Positions 45,267 to 57,031 are shown, counted from the stretch's first letter. The stretch is 64,000 bases of DNA from Sinomonas atrocyanea (GCF_030812675.1 NZ_JAUSTE010000003.1:290160-354159); one strand, 5' to 3'. Made by a program: numbers and translations. The notes: generated by a model from the sequence alone, not told the origin.

Positions 45267-45985
45267 GCGGGCGCCCCGCCGGCCGCCGCGGGCGCGCTGA
45301 GCGCTGCCCGGACGCGCCCGAGCACGTCCGCCGCGAGGTCCTCGGGCGCCCGGGCCGCGTCCAGCACGAGGTAGGCCTCCGGATAGGCGGCGGCGAGGTC
45401 GAGGAAGGCCCTGCGCACGCTGCGGTGGAAGTCGTCGGACTCGGACTCGAGCCGGTCCTCCTCGCCCCGCCCTGCGGTGCGGCGGGCCCGGCCCTCGCCC
45501 TCGTCCACATCGAGCACCACGGTCACGTCCGGCCAGAGGCCCTCCGTGGCCCATTCGTTGAGCCCGCGCACTTCCTCGGGGCCGAGCCCGCGCGCCACGC
45601 CCTGGTAGACCACCGAGGAACCGATGTACCGGTCCGTGATCACCACGGCGCCCCGCTCCAGGGTGGGGCGGATTGACTGGGCCACGTGGGCGGCGCGGGC
45701 CGCGGCGAAGATGAGTGCCTCGGTGCGCGGATCGATCTCGCCGTGGCCGTGCTCGAGCACGAGGCCGCGCAGCTTCTCGCCGATCTCCGTCCCGCCCGGC
45801 TCGCGGGTCAGGAGCACCTCGTGCCCCTCGGCGCGGAGGGCCTCGGCGAGGAGCCGGGCCTGGGTCGACTTGCCCGCGCCGTCGCCGCCCTCGAACGCCA
45901 CGAAGAGCCCCGCGGCGGAGCGCAGGCCTGAGCCGTGCGGAACTCTGGGCTGGGGGCTGGACTGGGGGACGACGGGGGAGATCAC
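45263..45985 (-). CDS. tmk: thymidylate kinase
   Basis: FVAFEGGDGAGKSTQ P-loop, REPGGT and DRY motifs. GTG start at 45985 is chosen; the alternative ATG at 46090 would collide with the divergent + gene. Confidence 0.75.
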   Translation of the reverse strand: MISPVVPQSSPQPRVPHGSGLRSAAGLFVAFEGGDGAGKSTQARLLAEALRAEGHEVLLTREPGGTEIGEKLRGLVLEHGHGEIDPRTEALIFAAARAAHVAQSIRPTLERGAVVITDRYIGSSVVYQGVARGLGPEEVRGLNEWATEGLWPDVTVVLDVDEGEGRARRTAGRGEEDRLESESDDFHRSVRRAFLDLAAAYPEAYLVLDAARAPEDLAADVLGRVRAALSAPAAAGGAPA

Positions 45986-46088
45986 CGCTTCTAGGTTACC
46001 GGTGGATGCGCCCGTCGCCGCAAAGGCCCCGGGCCCCTGTGGATACCGCTCGCCGTGTCCGGGCTCACCGTGTCCTAGATTGGGACGC

Positions 46089-47258
46089 ATGACAGCCGAC
46101 CCCGCGTACCCGCACCTCGACGACGCAGCCCTGGCAGCCCTGGCCCCGGAGACCCTGGCCGTCGCCGCGGGCCGGCCCCAGCGCGGCACGGACTCCCCGG
46201 TGAACCCGGAGATCGTGCTCTCCTCGACGTTCGTGGGCCTCGGCGGGGTGGGCGAGGGCGCCCGCGGGTACGCGCGGTTCTCCAACCCCACGTGGGAGCC
46301 GTTCGAGGACGCGGTGGCCAAGCTTGAGGGCTCCCCGCTGCCTGCGCTGCTGTTCAGCTCGGGGATGGGCGCCGTGGCCGCGGCCCTCAGCCTGGTCCCC
46401 GTGGGCGGCGTCCTCGTGGCGCCCCGGCACTCCTACTCGGGCACCCTCGGCCTCGCCCAGCTCAAGGCGGAGCGCGGCGAGCTGACGCTCCTCGAGGTCG
46501 ACATCGAGGACACGGGCGCCACGGTCGCGGCGCTGGACGGTGCCGACGTGCTGTGGGTCGAGAGCCCCACGAACCCCATGATGGAGGTCGCCGACCTCCC
46601 GGCCCTCGTCGCCGCCGCGCACGCCGCGGGCGTGCTCGTGGTCGTCGACAACACGTTCTCCACCCCCCTCGGGCAGAAGCCCCTCGGCGTCGGCGCGGAC
46701 GTCGTGGTCCACTCCGCGACCAAGTACCTGGCCGGGCACTCCGACGTGCTCCTCGGCGTCACCGTGACGGCGGACGAGCAGCTGCGCGCCCGCCTGCATC
46801 AGCACCGCACCCTGCACGGGGCGATCGCCGGCCCGGTCGAGGCCTGGCTCGGGCTGCGGGGCCTGCGCACCCTGACCCTGCGCGTCGAGCGCTCGCAGGC
46901 CACCGCGGGCGAGCTCGCGCGCCGGCTCGACGCCCACCCTGCCGTCTCCCGCGTGCGCTACCCCGGGCTGCCCTCGGACCCCGGGCACGACCGCGCCGCC
47001 GCCCAGCTGGCCGGCTTCGGCTCGGTCATCAGCATCGAGCTCGACGGCGCCGAGGCCGCCGACGCGTTCGTGGGCCGGGTCGCGCTGTGGCTGCCGGCCA
47101 CGAGCCTGGGCGGCGTCGAGTCGACCATCGAGCGTCGTCGCCGCCACCTCGCGGAGCCGGAGACGGTGCCGGACGGGCTCGTGCGGCTCAGCGTGGGGAT
47201 CGAGAATGTCGAGGACCTGTGGGACGACCTCCGCCAGGCGCTCGACTCCGGACGGTAG
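46089..47258 (+). CDS. Cys/Met-metabolism PLP-dependent enzyme (cystathionine gamma-synthase/lyase family)
   Basis: HSATKYLAGHSD with the PLP-lysine, over 389 aa. Confidence 0.8.
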   Translation: MTADPAYPHLDDAALAALAPETLAVAAGRPQRGTDSPVNPEIVLSSTFVGLGGVGEGARGYARFSNPTWEPFEDAVAKLEGSPLPALLFSSGMGAVAAALSLVPVGGVLVAPRHSYSGTLGLAQLKAERGELTLLEVDIEDTGATVAALDGADVLWVESPTNPMMEVADLPALVAAAHAAGVLVVVDNTFSTPLGQKPLGVGADVVVHSATKYLAGHSDVLLGVTVTADEQLRARLHQHRTLHGAIAGPVEAWLGLRGLRTLTLRVERSQATAGELARRLDAHPAVSRVRYPGLPSDPGHDRAAAQLAGFGSVISIELDGAEAADAFVGRVALWLPATSLGGVESTIERRRRHLAEPETVPDGLVRLSVGIENVEDLWDDLRQALDSGR

Positions 47259-47267
47259 GCTGATCGC

Positions 47268-47591
47268 GTGGACGGCAAATTCCTCATCCTCTGGATCCAG
47301 TTCGCCTCGTTCTACGTCACCGGGCTGATCTGTGCTGCCGTCGCGGTCTGGGCGTTCGTGGACTGCCTGATCCGGAAGGCGCCCATGTTCGAGGCGCGCA
47401 TGAAGCGCACCAAGGGCTTCTGGCTCGGCGTCACCGGCGCGGCGGCCTTCGTGACCGTGCTCGGGGTCACCCTGCCCCAGGGCAGCGGCTTCATCTTCGG
47501 GTTCGGCGGCTACGGGCTGTTCAACATCGCCGCGGTGACCGCGGCCGGCGTCTACCTCGCCGACGTCCGCCCGGCGGTCGCCCACCGCTGA
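47268..47591 (+). CDS. small membrane protein (DUF2516-like)
   Basis: 107 aa, three hydrophobic segments, GTG start. Confidence 0.4.
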   Translation: MDGKFLILWIQFASFYVTGLICAAVAVWAFVDCLIRKAPMFEARMKRTKGFWLGVTGAAAFVTVLGVTLPQGSGFIFGFGGYGLFNIAAVTAAGVYLADVRPAVAHR

Positions 47592-47670
47592 CCTTCCCGG
47601 ACCGCGACGTCACCCCGGGGGACCGCGGGGTCACCCCGCAGGACCGGCGCGGACGGCTAGGCTGGCGTCC

Positions 47671-48498
47671 GTGGTGCAGAAGGCGAGGCCCGTGCGGGTG
47701 GTGCGCGGCGGCGTCGTCGGCAACGTGACCCGGGGCACCACCAACCCCAACCGCATGCGCCGCGTCGACCGGTGGATCACCGGGACCCAGGCGCGCCGGC
47801 TCCTGCTGCACCCGCTGGCCCCGCACGCCGTGGACCTCGGCTACGGGGCCTCTCCCATCACCGCCGTCGAGCTCTTCCTCCGGCTGCGCGAGGTGCGCCC
47901 GGACCTGCGCCTGACCGGCATCGAGATCGAGCCGGGCCGGGTCGCGGCCGCCAAGCCGCTCGAGCGCGAGGGCCTCGACTTCCGGGTGGGCGGCTTCGAG
48001 CTCCCCGTGGACGGCCAGCTGGCGCTCGTGCGCGCCTTCAACGTCCTGCGCCAGTACGAGGAGCGCGACGTCCCGGACATCTGGGACCTCGTCCGCTCGC
48101 GCCTGGCCCCGGGCGGCATCTTCGTCGAGGGCACGTGCGACGAGATCGGCCGCCGCGCCGCCTGGGTGACGCTCGACGCCGCTGGCCCCCGCGCGCTCTC
48201 CCTCGCCGTCCGCTTCGGTTCCTTCGAGCGGCCCTCCGACGTCGCCGAGCGCCTGCCCAAGGCCCTCATCCACCGCAACGTGCCGGGGGAGCGCGTGCAC
48301 GCCTTCCTCGCCGCGCTCGACGCCGCGTGGCTCGCCGCCGCGCCGCTCGCCCCGTTCGGCGTGCGGCAGCGGTGGCTCGCCATGTGCCGGGCCGTGAAGG
48401 CCTCCGGATGGCCGGTGCTCCACGGCCCCAGCAGGTGGCGGCTCGGCGAAGTAACGGTCGCGTGGGCCGCGGTCGCGCCCGATAGCATGGCCCCATGA
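47671..48498 (+). CDS. class I SAM-dependent methyltransferase-like protein
   Basis: [16 protein letters not shown]...LTGIEIEP...FNVLRQY resembles a Rossmann methyltransferase fold; the assignment is moderately confident. Confidence 0.45.
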   Translation: MVQKARPVRVVRGGVVGNVTRGTTNPNRMRRVDRWITGTQARRLLLHPLAPHAVDLGYGASPITAVELFLRLREVRPDLRLTGIEIEPGRVAAAKPLEREGLDFRVGGFELPVDGQLALVRAFNVLRQYEERDVPDIWDLVRSRLAPGGIFVEGTCDEIGRRAAWVTLDAAGPRALSLAVRFGSFERPSDVAERLPKALIHRNVPGERVHAFLAALDAAWLAAAPLAPFGVRQRWLAMCRAVKASGWPVLHGPSRWRLGEVTVAWAAVAPDSMAP

Positions 48499-49241
48499 CC
48501 TACACGCTCATCCTGCTGCGCCATGGGCACAGCGAGTGGAACGCCAAGAACCTGTTCACCGGCTGGGTGGATGTGGACCTCAACGACCAGGGCCGCGAGG
48601 AGGCGCGCCGCGGCGGGCAGATGCTCGCCGACAAGGGCCTGCTGCCGGACATCCTCTACACGTCCCGGCTCAAGCGCGCGATCAACACCGCGAACATCGC
48701 CCTGGACGTCGCGGACCGCGGCTGGATCGACGTCAAGCGCTCCTGGCGCCTCAACGAGCGCCACTACGGCGCGCTGCAGGGCAAGGACAAGGCCCAGACC
48801 CTCGCGGAGTTCGGCGAGGAGCAGTTCATGGTCTGGCGCCGCTCCTACGACACCCCGCCGCCGCCCCTCGCGGACGACTCGGAGTTCTCGCAGGTGGGCG
48901 ACCCCCGCTACGCCGACCTCGGCGACGACATCCCGCGCACCGAGTGCCTCAAGGACGTCCTCGAGCGGCTCCTGCCCTACTGGGAGTCCGAGATCAAGGC
49001 AGACCTCAGGGAGGGCAAGGTGGTCCTCGTGACGGCCCACGGCAACTCGCTGCGTGCGCTCGTGAAGCACCTCGACGGCATCAGCGACGAGGACATCGCC
49101 GGCCTCAACATTCCCACCGGCATCCCGCTCGTCTACGAGCTGGACGAGGACTTCAAGCCCGTCACCGTCGGCGGCACCTACCTCGACCCGGAGGCGGCCG
49201 CCGCCTCGATCGAGGCCGTCAAGAACCAGGGCCGCAAGTAG
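48495..49241 (+). CDS. gpmA: 2,3-bisphosphoglycerate-dependent phosphoglycerate mutase
   Basis: [37 protein letters not shown] and HGNSLRAL. Confidence 0.9.
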   Translation: MTYTLILLRHGHSEWNAKNLFTGWVDVDLNDQGREEARRGGQMLADKGLLPDILYTSRLKRAINTANIALDVADRGWIDVKRSWRLNERHYGALQGKDKAQTLAEFGEEQFMVWRRSYDTPPPPLADDSEFSQVGDPRYADLGDDIPRTECLKDVLERLLPYWESEIKADLREGKVVLVTAHGNSLRALVKHLDGISDEDIAGLNIPTGIPLVYELDEDFKPVTVGGTYLDPEAAAASIEAVKNQGRK

Positions 49242-49258
49242 GGTCCCGCAGGTAGACC

Positions 49259-49314
49259 CGAGTACGACGCCGGCCGCCCATCTCGCGCGAGGTGGGCGGC
49301 CGGCGTCGTACTCG
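49259..49314. repeat. REP-like GC-rich palindromic element, copy 1, between convergent gpmA and phoU
   Basis: CGAGTACGACGCCGGCCGCCCA-tctcgcgcgag-GTGGGCGGCCGGCGTCGTACTCG, roughly a 22-bp stem. Confidence 0.55.
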
Positions 49315-49316
49315 GC

Positions 49317-49976
49317 TCAGTTCGAGGTGTTGTCCCCGTCCCACTCGCCCGTGACGAGGTAGGAGACCTTCCGGCTCACGGACACGCCGTGGTCGGCGAA
49401 CCGCTCGAAGTAGCGGCTCAGGAGCGCGACGTCGACGGCCACCGACGGCGAGCCGGTCCACGTCTGGTCGGCGATGGCGCGGAAGATGCCCGCATGCAGC
49501 TCGTCGAGCTCGGCGTTCGCGGCCTGGATGCGGCTCGTGCGGGTGAGGTCGTGGTCCTCGAGCAGGGCGGTGACCTCGTTGATGATCTCCGCATCCAGCT
49601 CGGCCATCCGGGCGAACGTGCCTGCGAGGGACTCGGGGGTGGCCTTCTCGGGGTAGCGGAGGCGGGTCAGCTGGGCCACGTGGCGGGCGAGGTCGCCCAT
49701 GCGCTCGAGGGACGCGCTCATCCGCAGGGAGCCCACGATGATGCGCAGGTCGGACGCGACGGGGCCCTGGAGGGCGAGGATCTCGATCGCCTTCTCATCG
49801 AGGGCGGTCTGCAGGAAGTCGATCCGCGCGTCGGCGGCGATGACCTCCTGGGCGAGCTCGACGTCGGCGTTCGTGAGCGACTCGACGGCCCGGTCGAGCG
49901 CGGTGGCCACGAGGCGCGAGATCTCGACGAGGTCCTCGTGGACCTTCTGCAACTCCTCCTGGAATACCTTTCGCAC
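49317..49976 (-). CDS. phoU: phosphate transport system regulator PhoU
   Basis: Two PhoU repeats (LERMGDLARHVA, FERFADHGVSVS). Confidence 0.85.
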   Translation of the reverse strand: MRKVFQEELQKVHEDLVEISRLVATALDRAVESLTNADVELAQEVIAADARIDFLQTALDEKAIEILALQGPVASDLRIIVGSLRMSASLERMGDLARHVAQLTRLRYPEKATPESLAGTFARMAELDAEIINEVTALLEDHDLTRTSRIQAANAELDELHAGIFRAIADQTWTGSPSVAVDVALLSRYFERFADHGVSVSRKVSYLVTGEWDGDNTSN

Positions 49977-50149
49977 GGTGGCGTCCTTTCACGGCTCGAC
50001 GAGGCAGAGCCCCGGTGGGCGCTCCGACTCGTCACACTTCCAGCGGTCCATGAACAGTTCGCCGCCTTGAGGTGAACGTTAGTTGAACCGGCCCCCGCCA
50101 GCCACCAGGGCGGTCCGCCCACGGTGGGTCGCGGCCTAAGCTAAGGAGC

Positions 50150-51331
50150 GTGGACCCTCTCGTCGTCGGCATCGTGGCGGCCCTGATCGGCCTGTCCTTC
50201 GGCGCCTTCGGCGTGCTCGCCTTCAGCGCGAGCCAGCGCCAGCGCCAGCTCCTCGAGGGGCCGGCCGCGGAGCCGAGCTTCCCCGAGGGCGCCGCGGACG
50301 TCCTCTCGGTGCTCGGCCAGGCCTTCGTCGTGGTCGACGCGGTCGACGGCGTGGTCCGCGCGAGCCCTGCCGCCTACGCCTACGGGCTCGTCCGCGGCCA
50401 CACGGTCGTGCACCGCGAGCTGCTGCAGATGACCGCGAAGGTCCGCGGGAACGGGGTGATCCTCGAGAAGCAGCTCGAGCTGCCGCGCGGACCGCTGGGC
50501 CAGGGCACCATCATCGTCAACGTGCGCGCCGCCGTGCTCGGCGACGAGTACATCCTGCTGCTCGCCGACGACAGGACCGAGATCACCCGCACGGAGCGCA
50601 TCCGCAACGACTTCGTGGCCAACGTCTCCCACGAGCTCAAGACGCCCGTGGGCGCCATCTCGCTGCTGGCCGAGGCGCTCGAGGCAAGCCCCGACGACGA
50701 GGACGCCGTCCGCCGCTTCGCAGCGCGCATGCACAAGGAGGCCAGCCGGCTGGCCGCGCTCGTGCAGGACATCATCGAGCTCTCCCGCCTCCAGGGTGCC
50801 GACGTGGTGCACCAGGGCAAGGCCGTGGACATCAACGAGGTGGTCGCCGACGCCGTCGACCGCTCCCGCCTCGCTGCCGAGGCCAAGGACATCGAGGTCC
50901 GGGTGGGCGGCCGCGTCGACGCCCAGGTCTTCGGCGACCCGGACCTGCTGACGAACGCCTTCCGCAACCTCATCGACAACGCCGTGCGGTACTCCCCGGG
51001 GAACACCACGGTGGGGATCGGCCTCCGGCACCGCGACGGCCTCGTGTCCGTGTCCGTCACGGATCAGGGGATCGGCATGGCGCCCGAGGACCAGGAGCGC
51101 GTCTTCGAGCGGTTCTACCGCGCGGACGCGGCCCGCTCGCGGCAGACAGGCGGGACGGGCCTCGGCCTGAGCATCGTCAAGCACGTCGTGGAGAACCATG
51201 GCGGCGAGGTGACCGTGTGGTCGCAGCCCGGGAAGGGCTCGACCTTCACGGTGCGCCTGCCGGACATGGAGGGCGGCACGGAAGACCAGAGCGCGGCCAG
51301 CCGGCCGCCGGAGCAAGGAGCGATGGCTTGA
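50150..51331 (+). CDS. senX3: phosphate-responsive sensor histidine kinase (SenX3/PhoR-like)
   Basis: [17 protein letters not shown]-box, [13 protein letters not shown]-box, adjacent to regX3. Confidence 0.8.
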   Translation: MDPLVVGIVAALIGLSFGAFGVLAFSASQRQRQLLEGPAAEPSFPEGAADVLSVLGQAFVVVDAVDGVVRASPAAYAYGLVRGHTVVHRELLQMTAKVRGNGVILEKQLELPRGPLGQGTIIVNVRAAVLGDEYILLLADDRTEITRTERIRNDFVANVSHELKTPVGAISLLAEALEASPDDEDAVRRFAARMHKEASRLAALVQDIIELSRLQGADVVHQGKAVDINEVVADAVDRSRLAAEAKDIEVRVGGRVDAQVFGDPDLLTNAFRNLIDNAVRYSPGNTTVGIGLRHRDGLVSVSVTDQGIGMAPEDQERVFERFYRADAARSRQTGGTGLGLSIVKHVVENHGGEVTVWSQPGKGSTFTVRLPDMEGGTEDQSAASRPPEQGAMA

Positions 51332-52008
51332 GCAGGATCATGATCGTCGAGGACGAGGAGTCGTTCAGCGACCCCCTCTCATTCCTTCTGGCGAAGGAGG
51401 GCTACGAGGTCGAGGTCGTCGACAACGGGAACGACGCCCTGGCCGAGTTCGACCGCAACGGGGCCGATCTCGTGCTCCTCGACCTCCAGCTTCCCGGAAT
51501 CCCCGGGACGGAGGTGTGCAGGCAGCTCCGCGCCCGCTCGGGCGTCCCCGTGATCATGCTGACCGCGAAGGACTCCGAGATCGACAAGGTGGTGGGCCTG
51601 GAGCTCGGCGCCGACGACTACGTGACCAAGCCCTACTCCTCGCGCGAGCTCGTGGCGCGGGTGCGGGCGGTCCTGCGCCGCCACGGCGAGCCGGAGGAGC
51701 TCATCTCCTCGACCGTGCAGGCCGGCCCCGTGCGCATGGACGTGGACCGGCACGTGGTGAGCGTCGACGGCGAGCAGGTGTCCCTGCCGCTGAAGGAGTT
51801 CGAGCTGCTCGAGATGCTCCTGCGGAACTCGGGCCGCGTCCTCACCCGGGGGCAGCTCATCGACCGGGTGTGGGGATCGGACTACGTGGGCGACACCAAG
51901 ACTCTCGACGTGCACGTGAAGCGCCTGCGGAGCAAGATCGAGCCCGACCCCTCGAACCCGCGCCACCTCGTCACCGTGCGCGGACTGGGCTACAAGTTCG
52001 AGCCCTGA
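51328..52008 (+). CDS. regX3: OmpR-family response regulator RegX3/PhoP-like
   Basis: [14 protein letters not shown]...[10 protein letters not shown]...DDYVTKPY...[12 protein letters not shown]. The TTG start at 51328 has an AAGGAG RBS; the alternative ATG is at 51340. Confidence 0.85.
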   Translation: MSRIMIVEDEESFSDPLSFLLAKEGYEVEVVDNGNDALAEFDRNGADLVLLDLQLPGIPGTEVCRQLRARSGVPVIMLTAKDSEIDKVVGLELGADDYVTKPYSSRELVARVRAVLRRHGEPEELISSTVQAGPVRMDVDRHVVSVDGEQVSLPLKEFELLEMLLRNSGRVLTRGQLIDRVWGSDYVGDTKTLDVHVKRLRSKIEPDPSNPRHLVTVRGLGYKFEP

Positions 52009-52039
52009 GTTCCGCTCGCCCCCGGTGCTTTCTGGAGGG

Positions 52040-52125
52040 GGGCACCTTCTGAAGGTCACCTCCTGTGGGTCACCTCCTGGAGGTCACCTCATGTGACTCA
52101 CAGAAGGTGACTCTCAGGAAGTGAC
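52040..52125. repeat. GGTCACCTCCTG-type direct-repeat array, mirrored as an imperfect long palindrome
   Basis: GAAGGTCACCTCCTG TG GGTCACCTCCTG GA GGTCACCTCATG | TGACTCACAGAAGGTGACTCTCAGGAAGTGACC. Three direct copies at a 14-bp period, followed by inverted copies. Confidence 0.5.
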
Positions 52126-52134
52126 CCCCAGACG

Positions 52135-52184
52135 GACGACGCCGGCCGCCCACCCCGCGCGGGGTGAGCGGCCGGCGTCGTCCG
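52135..52184. repeat. REP-like GC-rich palindromic element, copy 2, between convergent regX3 and the lipoprotein gene
   Basis: GGACGACGCCGGCCGCCCACCCCGCGCGGGGTGAGCGGCCGGCGTCGTCC shares the arms ACGACGCCGGCCGCCCA / TGGGCGGCCGGCGTCGT with copy 1. Confidence 0.55.
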
Positions 52185-52230
52185 CGGCTGCGTCAGGCGA
52201 CGCGTGGCGGCGCCCGGTGGGGCGGTGGGG

Positions 52231-52836
52231 TCAGCGGCTCGGAGTGGCCGAGGCGGACTCCGAGGGGCTCGCGGGCGCCGTGGCGGGTCCCGTGGCCGAG
52301 CCAGACGGGGTGGCCGAGGCGGACCCGGACGGGCTCGGGATGTACTGGCGGTACTCGGACAGGGTGCCGTCCACGATCGGGACCTGGACGTCCTGGCTCG
52401 TGCTGCCGGCCGTGAACGAGACCTTCGCGAGCGCGCCGGGGATGCCGCCCGCGTGCGAGAGGGACACGTTGCTGCCGGGTTTGGCCAGCTGGACCTCGCC
52501 CTTCTTCGGGACGTCGATGCGCACGGTCGAGGAGCCATCCTTGAACGTGAGGGTCATGTCCTGCTCGGTCGGGTTGAAGACCGTGCCGACGAGGCGGCCG
52601 GGGCCGCCGGCGGTGCCCGCGGAGGCGGAGGAGGTGGCCGCGCTGTCAGCGGAGACGATGAGCATGTTGCGCAGCTGCAGCGAGCCGACGTCCGCCCGGA
52701 CGCCGTCCGAGGCGGAGTACACGTGGGTGGTCTGCTGGGCGTTGATGTAGCCGCAGCCCGTGGCGGTCAGCAGGCCGACGCCCAGCGCGGCGAGGACAGC
52801 GACGCGCTTGGCCGGCTTCGTTGCAGAAAAACGCAC
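52231..52836 (-). CDS. lipoprotein of unknown function
   Basis: LLTATGC lipobox and Ser/Ala/Thr-rich tails. Confidence 0.5.
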   Translation of the reverse strand: MRFSATKPAKRVAVLAALGVGLLTATGCGYINAQQTTHVYSASDGVRADVGSLQLRNMLIVSADSAATSSASAGTAGGPGRLVGTVFNPTEQDMTLTFKDGSSTVRIDVPKKGEVQLAKPGSNVSLSHAGGIPGALAKVSFTAGSTSQDVQVPIVDGTLSEYRQYIPSPSGSASATPSGSATGPATAPASPSESASATPSR

Positions 52837-53117
52837 AGCTGGCTCCTGAAGAGGGTGTGAGGTGTCTGGTCGCCCCTAGCGTATCGCCAATTTCGACGTT
52901 CTGTAGATTCGGCGCGACTGCCCCACCCCGCCCTTGTTGACCGCACGCGGCACGCGCGCGACGCGGACGTGAAGCATGCTTTTCGCGCTGGGTCAACCCC
53001 CCTAGGGGTACCGGAAGGGCTCCACTTCCGCGTGATTCCGGGCTTCGCGGGGCGACCGGGGGCCCGGTCCGGAGGGGGAACGTGGTAGACTAGTCTGCGG
53101 GAAAGGGGAATGTCCAC

Positions 53118-53600
53118 ATGGTTTTTGAGGTTGGCGAGACGGTTGTTTACCCCCACCACGGTGCAGCCAAGATCGAAGAGATCAAGATGCGCACGATCAA
53201 GGGCGAAGAGAAGATGTATCTCAAGCTCAAAGTGGCTCAGGGTGACCTGACGATTGAAGTACCGGCCGAGAATGTGGACCTTGTCGGGGTCCGCGATGTC
53301 GTGGGCAAGGAAGGCCTCGAGCACGTGTTCGATGTCCTCCGTGCCGAGTTCACCGAGGAGCCGACCAACTGGTCCCGCCGCTACAAGGCGAACCTCGAGA
53401 AGCTGGCCTCCGGCGACGTGATCAAGGTGGCAGAGGTCGTGCGTGACCTCTGGCGCCGGGATCAGGACCGCGGACTCTCCGCGGGAGAGAAGCGCATGCT
53501 GGCCAAGGCCCGCCAGATCCTCATCTCCGAGCTCGCGCTCGCCGAGAAGACGGACGAGGAGCAGGCTGCGACAGTCCTGGACGAGGTCCTCGCCTCCTGA
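53118..53600 (+). CDS. carD: CarD-family RNA polymerase-binding transcription factor
   Basis: [39 protein letters not shown] is essentially the canonical CarD N-terminus. Confidence 0.9.
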   Translation: MVFEVGETVVYPHHGAAKIEEIKMRTIKGEEKMYLKLKVAQGDLTIEVPAENVDLVGVRDVVGKEGLEHVFDVLRAEFTEEPTNWSRRYKANLEKLASGDVIKVAEVVRDLWRRDQDRGLSAGEKRMLAKARQILISELALAEKTDEEQAATVLDEVLAS

Positions 53601-53702
53601 GGCAGGCCCTCAAGAGGCAAGGATGTCCGCGAAGGCCCCGGCGTATGCCGGGGCCTTCGCGCGTTTCCGGGCGTCCCGGGCCGTTCGTCTAGGCTGGAGC
53701 CC

Positions 53703-54470
53703 ATGACTGATGCCTCCCCCCAGCCTGCGTCCCCGACCGCTGTCGTGATCGTGGCGGCGGGCTCGGGGACGAGGCTCGGGTACGGCGTCCCCAAGGCGCT
53801 CGTTCCGCTCGCCGGCGCGCCGCTGCTCCTCCACGCGCTCCGCGGGGCGGCCGGCGCCGGGATTGCCCGGCAGATCTGCGTCGCGGTCCCGGAAGGGGAC
53901 ACCGAGCTCACGGAGCTGTGCCGCACCTTTGCCGAGGAACTCGGTGAGCTGGCCCCTGAGATCACCGCGGTGCCCGGTGGGCAGACGCGTGCGGATTCCG
54001 TCCGCGCGGCCCTCGCTGCCCTGGCCCCCGGCACCGTCCACGTGCTCGTGCATGACGCGGCGCGCCCGCTCACGCCGTCGGAGGTCTTCCACCGGGTGGC
54101 CGAGGCGCTCGAGAGGGGAGCGGGCGCCGTCGTGCCCGCGATCCCGGTGGTGGACACCATCAAGTCGACCGCGCCGACGGAGGGCGAGGCGGCCGCGGTC
54201 GCGGCCGAGGTCGTGACCGGCACCGCGGTGCGCGAGCAGCTGCGCGCCGTGCAGACGCCGCAGGGGTTCGACGTCGCTGCGCTCCGCAGCGCCCACGAGC
54301 TGGCCGCGACGTGGGACCCGGAGCAGGCCGCCGCGATCACGGACGACGCCATGCTCCTCGAGTCGATCGGCACCCCGGTCTACGTGGTCCCCGGCGACCT
54401 GCAGGCCTTCAAGGTCACGACCCCGATGGACCTCCATGTCGCGGAGACCCTCGTCGCTGCCCAGGGCTGA
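53703..54470 (+). CDS. ispD: 2-C-methyl-D-erythritol 4-phosphate cytidylyltransferase
   Basis: [25 protein letters not shown] and HDAARP motifs. Confidence 0.85.
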   Translation: MTDASPQPASPTAVVIVAAGSGTRLGYGVPKALVPLAGAPLLLHALRGAAGAGIARQICVAVPEGDTELTELCRTFAEELGELAPEITAVPGGQTRADSVRAALAALAPGTVHVLVHDAARPLTPSEVFHRVAEALERGAGAVVPAIPVVDTIKSTAPTEGEAAAVAAEVVTGTAVREQLRAVQTPQGFDVAALRSAHELAATWDPEQAAAITDDAMLLESIGTPVYVVPGDLQAFKVTTPMDLHVAETLVAAQG

Positions 54471-54525
54471 GCCCGAGAAACAACCCCGGAACACCCTCGG
54501 ACCCCCGGAACCCCAGGAGAGCCCC

Positions 54526-55011
54526 ATGACCCTTCCCCGCACCGGGATCGGCATCGACGTCCATGCCTTCGCGCCCGAGGATGCGCCCCGCCCGCTGTGG
54601 CTCGGGGGGCTCCTGTGGGAGGGCGAGCGCGGGCTCGCCGGCCACTCGGACGCGGACGCGGTGGCCCACGCGGCGGCCAACGCGCTGTTCTCCGCCGCGG
54701 GCCTCGGCGACCTGGGCACCCACTTCGGCACGGATCGCCCCGAGTACGCCGGGGCCTCGGGGGCGACGCTGCTGCGCGAGGCGGCGAGGATCGTGCGGGA
54801 CGCCGGATACGAGATCGGGAACGTCGCCGTGCAGCTCGTCGCGCAGCGTCCCAAGTTCGGGCCCCGCCGCGCAGAGTCCGAGGCGCTCCTGTCCGAGATC
54901 GTCGGCGCGCCCGTCAGTGTGAGCGCCGCGACCACCGACCACCTCGGCTTCACCGGCCGCCGGGAGGGCGTCGCAGCCCTCGCCACCGCCCTCGTCGCTG
55001 CCGTCCGGTAG
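54526..55011 (+). CDS. ispF: 2-C-methyl-D-erythritol 2,4-cyclodiphosphate synthase
   Basis: GIGIDVHAF...[11 protein letters not shown]...GNV. The ATG at 54526 has an AGGAGA RBS. Confidence 0.85.
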   Translation: MTLPRTGIGIDVHAFAPEDAPRPLWLGGLLWEGERGLAGHSDADAVAHAAANALFSAAGLGDLGTHFGTDRPEYAGASGATLLREAARIVRDAGYEIGNVAVQLVAQRPKFGPRRAESEALLSEIVGAPVSVSAATTDHLGFTGRREGVAALATALVAAVR

Positions 55012-55077
55012 ACTGGTGGGCCGTTCCGACCACCCGCCCGCGACGCAGCGCGTCGCCGATCCCCAGGGAGCCACTGC

Positions 55078-55410
55078 ATGAAGAGAGGCCTGCTCGCCAC
55101 CGCCCTCGCGGCCACGATGCTGCTGACCGCCTGCGGCGCAGACGGCCGCCTCAGCGTCCAGGAAAGCTGCAAGCTGCTCAGCAACGACCAGTTCAAGCCC
55201 ACCGGCAACCAGGTCCAGCAGGCCAAGCAGATCGCCGACCACTACGCGGACCTGGCGAAGAAGGTCGACCCCTCGATCGGGACCATCATCCAGGGCATGG
55301 CGGACATGCAGAAGAAGGTCGCCGACTCGTCGACCGCCGTGGCCACGCCGGAACAGCAGAAGCAGTTCTCGGACGCGCTCAACAACATCGGCAAGGTCTG
55401 CCCCAGCTGA
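55078..55410 (+). CDS. small lipoprotein of unknown function
   Basis: MLLTAC lipobox, 110 aa. Confidence 0.45.
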   Translation: MKRGLLATALAATMLLTACGADGRLSVQESCKLLSNDQFKPTGNQVQQAKQIADHYADLAKKVDPSIGTIIQGMADMQKKVADSSTAVATPEQQKQFSDALNNIGKVCPS

Positions 55411-55510
55411 CCCGGGCGCCGGGCAGCCTGGCCCTCGCCGTCGTCGCGGCCCTCGCCGTCGTCGCGGACCTCGCCGTCGTCCCGCCCGCCCACCCGTATA
55501 CCCTTATCCA

Positions 55511-57031
55511 GTGACCCTGCGCTTCTACGATTCCGCCACAGCCGAAGTCCGTGACTTCGTCCCACTCGAGCCCGGCAAGGCCTCGGTGTACTACTGTGGC
55601 GCCACCGTGCAGGGCTCCCCCCACGTGGGGCACGTCCGCTCCGCGATCGTCTTCGACCAGCTCACCCGCTGGCTCGCCTACCGCGGCTATGAGACCACCG
55701 TGGTCCGCAACGTCACGGACATCGACGACAAGATCCTCGCCAAGTCGGAGGCGAGCTTCGCCCCGGACTTCGTCCCCGAGGGCACGTACCTCCCCCGCGA
55801 GGAGTGGTTCGCGCTCGCCTACCGCTACGAGCAGGAGTTCGAGGCCGCCTACAAGGTCCTCGGCGTCCAGCGCCCCACCTACGAGCCCCGGGCCACCGGC
55901 CACATCACCGAGATGCACGAGCTCATTGCCCGGCTCATCGAGCGCGGCCACGCCTACCCGGCCGGGGACGGCTCCGGCGACGTGTACTTCGATGTGCGCT
56001 CGTGGCCCGAGTACGGCTCGCTCACCCACCAGCGGATCGACGACATGCAGGCGGCCACGGACGCGGATCCGCGGGGGAAGAGGGACCCCCGCGACTTCGC
56101 GCTGTGGAAGGGCCACAAGGACGGCGAGCCGGTGACGGCGTCGTGGCCCTCGCCGTGGGGCCGCGGCCGGCCGGGCTGGCACCTCGAGTGCTCGGCGATG
56201 GCCACCAAGTACCTCGGCCCCCGCTTCGACATCCACGGCGGCGGCCTCGACCTGCGCTTCCCCCACCACGAGAACGAGCTCGCCCAGTCCGCCGCGGCGG
56301 GGGACCAGTTCGCGAACTTCTGGATGCACAACGGGATGGTCACCTTCGAGGGCGAGAAGATGTCGAAGTCCATCGGCAACGTCATCGCGCCCGCCGAGAT
56401 GCTCGCGCTCGCCAGCCCGCGCGTGGTCCGCTACTACCTCGGCCAGGCCCATTACCGCTCGGTGCTCGACTACCGGCCCACGTCGCTCACGGAGGCTGCC
56501 GCCGCTGTCGAGCGCATCGACGGCTTCATCGCCAAGGCGCGTGCCCGGGCCGGCGGGGACCCGGCGTACGACGGCGGCGGCTCGCCCCTCGCGAGCCGTG
56601 CCGGGGCCGCGGGCGGTTCCGTGCCGGAGGCGTTCGCGGAGGCCATGGACGAGGACCTCAACATCCCCCAGGCCCTGGCCGTGCTCCACGAGACCGTGCG
56701 CCGCGGCAACTCGGCCCTGGCCGACGGGGACGCCGAGGAATCCTCCGCGGCGCTGGCCGAAGTGCTGGCGATGACCGCCGTCCTCGGCCTCGACGCCGCC
56801 CGCACCGACACGCCGTCGTCCGACAGCGCCGCGCACCAGGCCCTCGCCGTCCTCGTCGACGCGCAGCTCGAGGCGCGGGCCGCCGCGCGGGCCGCGAAGG
56901 ACTGGGCAGCCGCAGACGCGATCCGCGACACCCTCTCGGCGGCGGGCATCGCCGTCGAAGACTCAGCCGACGGTGCCGCCTGGAGCCTCGTCGCCCCGCA
57001 CACCGCACAGACCAACCGAATGGGAGTTTAG
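55511..57031 (+). CDS. cysS: cysteine--tRNA ligase
   Basis: [12 protein letters not shown] (HIGH) and KMSKSIGN (KMSKS). Confidence 0.9.
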   Translation: MTLRFYDSATAEVRDFVPLEPGKASVYYCGATVQGSPHVGHVRSAIVFDQLTRWLAYRGYETTVVRNVTDIDDKILAKSEASFAPDFVPEGTYLPREEWFALAYRYEQEFEAAYKVLGVQRPTYEPRATGHITEMHELIARLIERGHAYPAGDGSGDVYFDVRSWPEYGSLTHQRIDDMQAATDADPRGKRDPRDFALWKGHKDGEPVTASWPSPWGRGRPGWHLECSAMATKYLGPRFDIHGGGLDLRFPHHENELAQSAAAGDQFANFWMHNGMVTFEGEKMSKSIGNVIAPAEMLALASPRVVRYYLGQAHYRSVLDYRPTSLTEAAAAVERIDGFIAKARARAGGDPAYDGGGSPLASRAGAAGGSVPEAFAEAMDEDLNIPQALAVLHETVRRGNSALADGDAEESSAALAEVLAMTAVLGLDAARTDTPSSDSAAHQALAVLVDAQLEARAAARAAKDWAAADAIRDTLSAAGIAVEDSADGAAWSLVAPHTAQTNRMGV

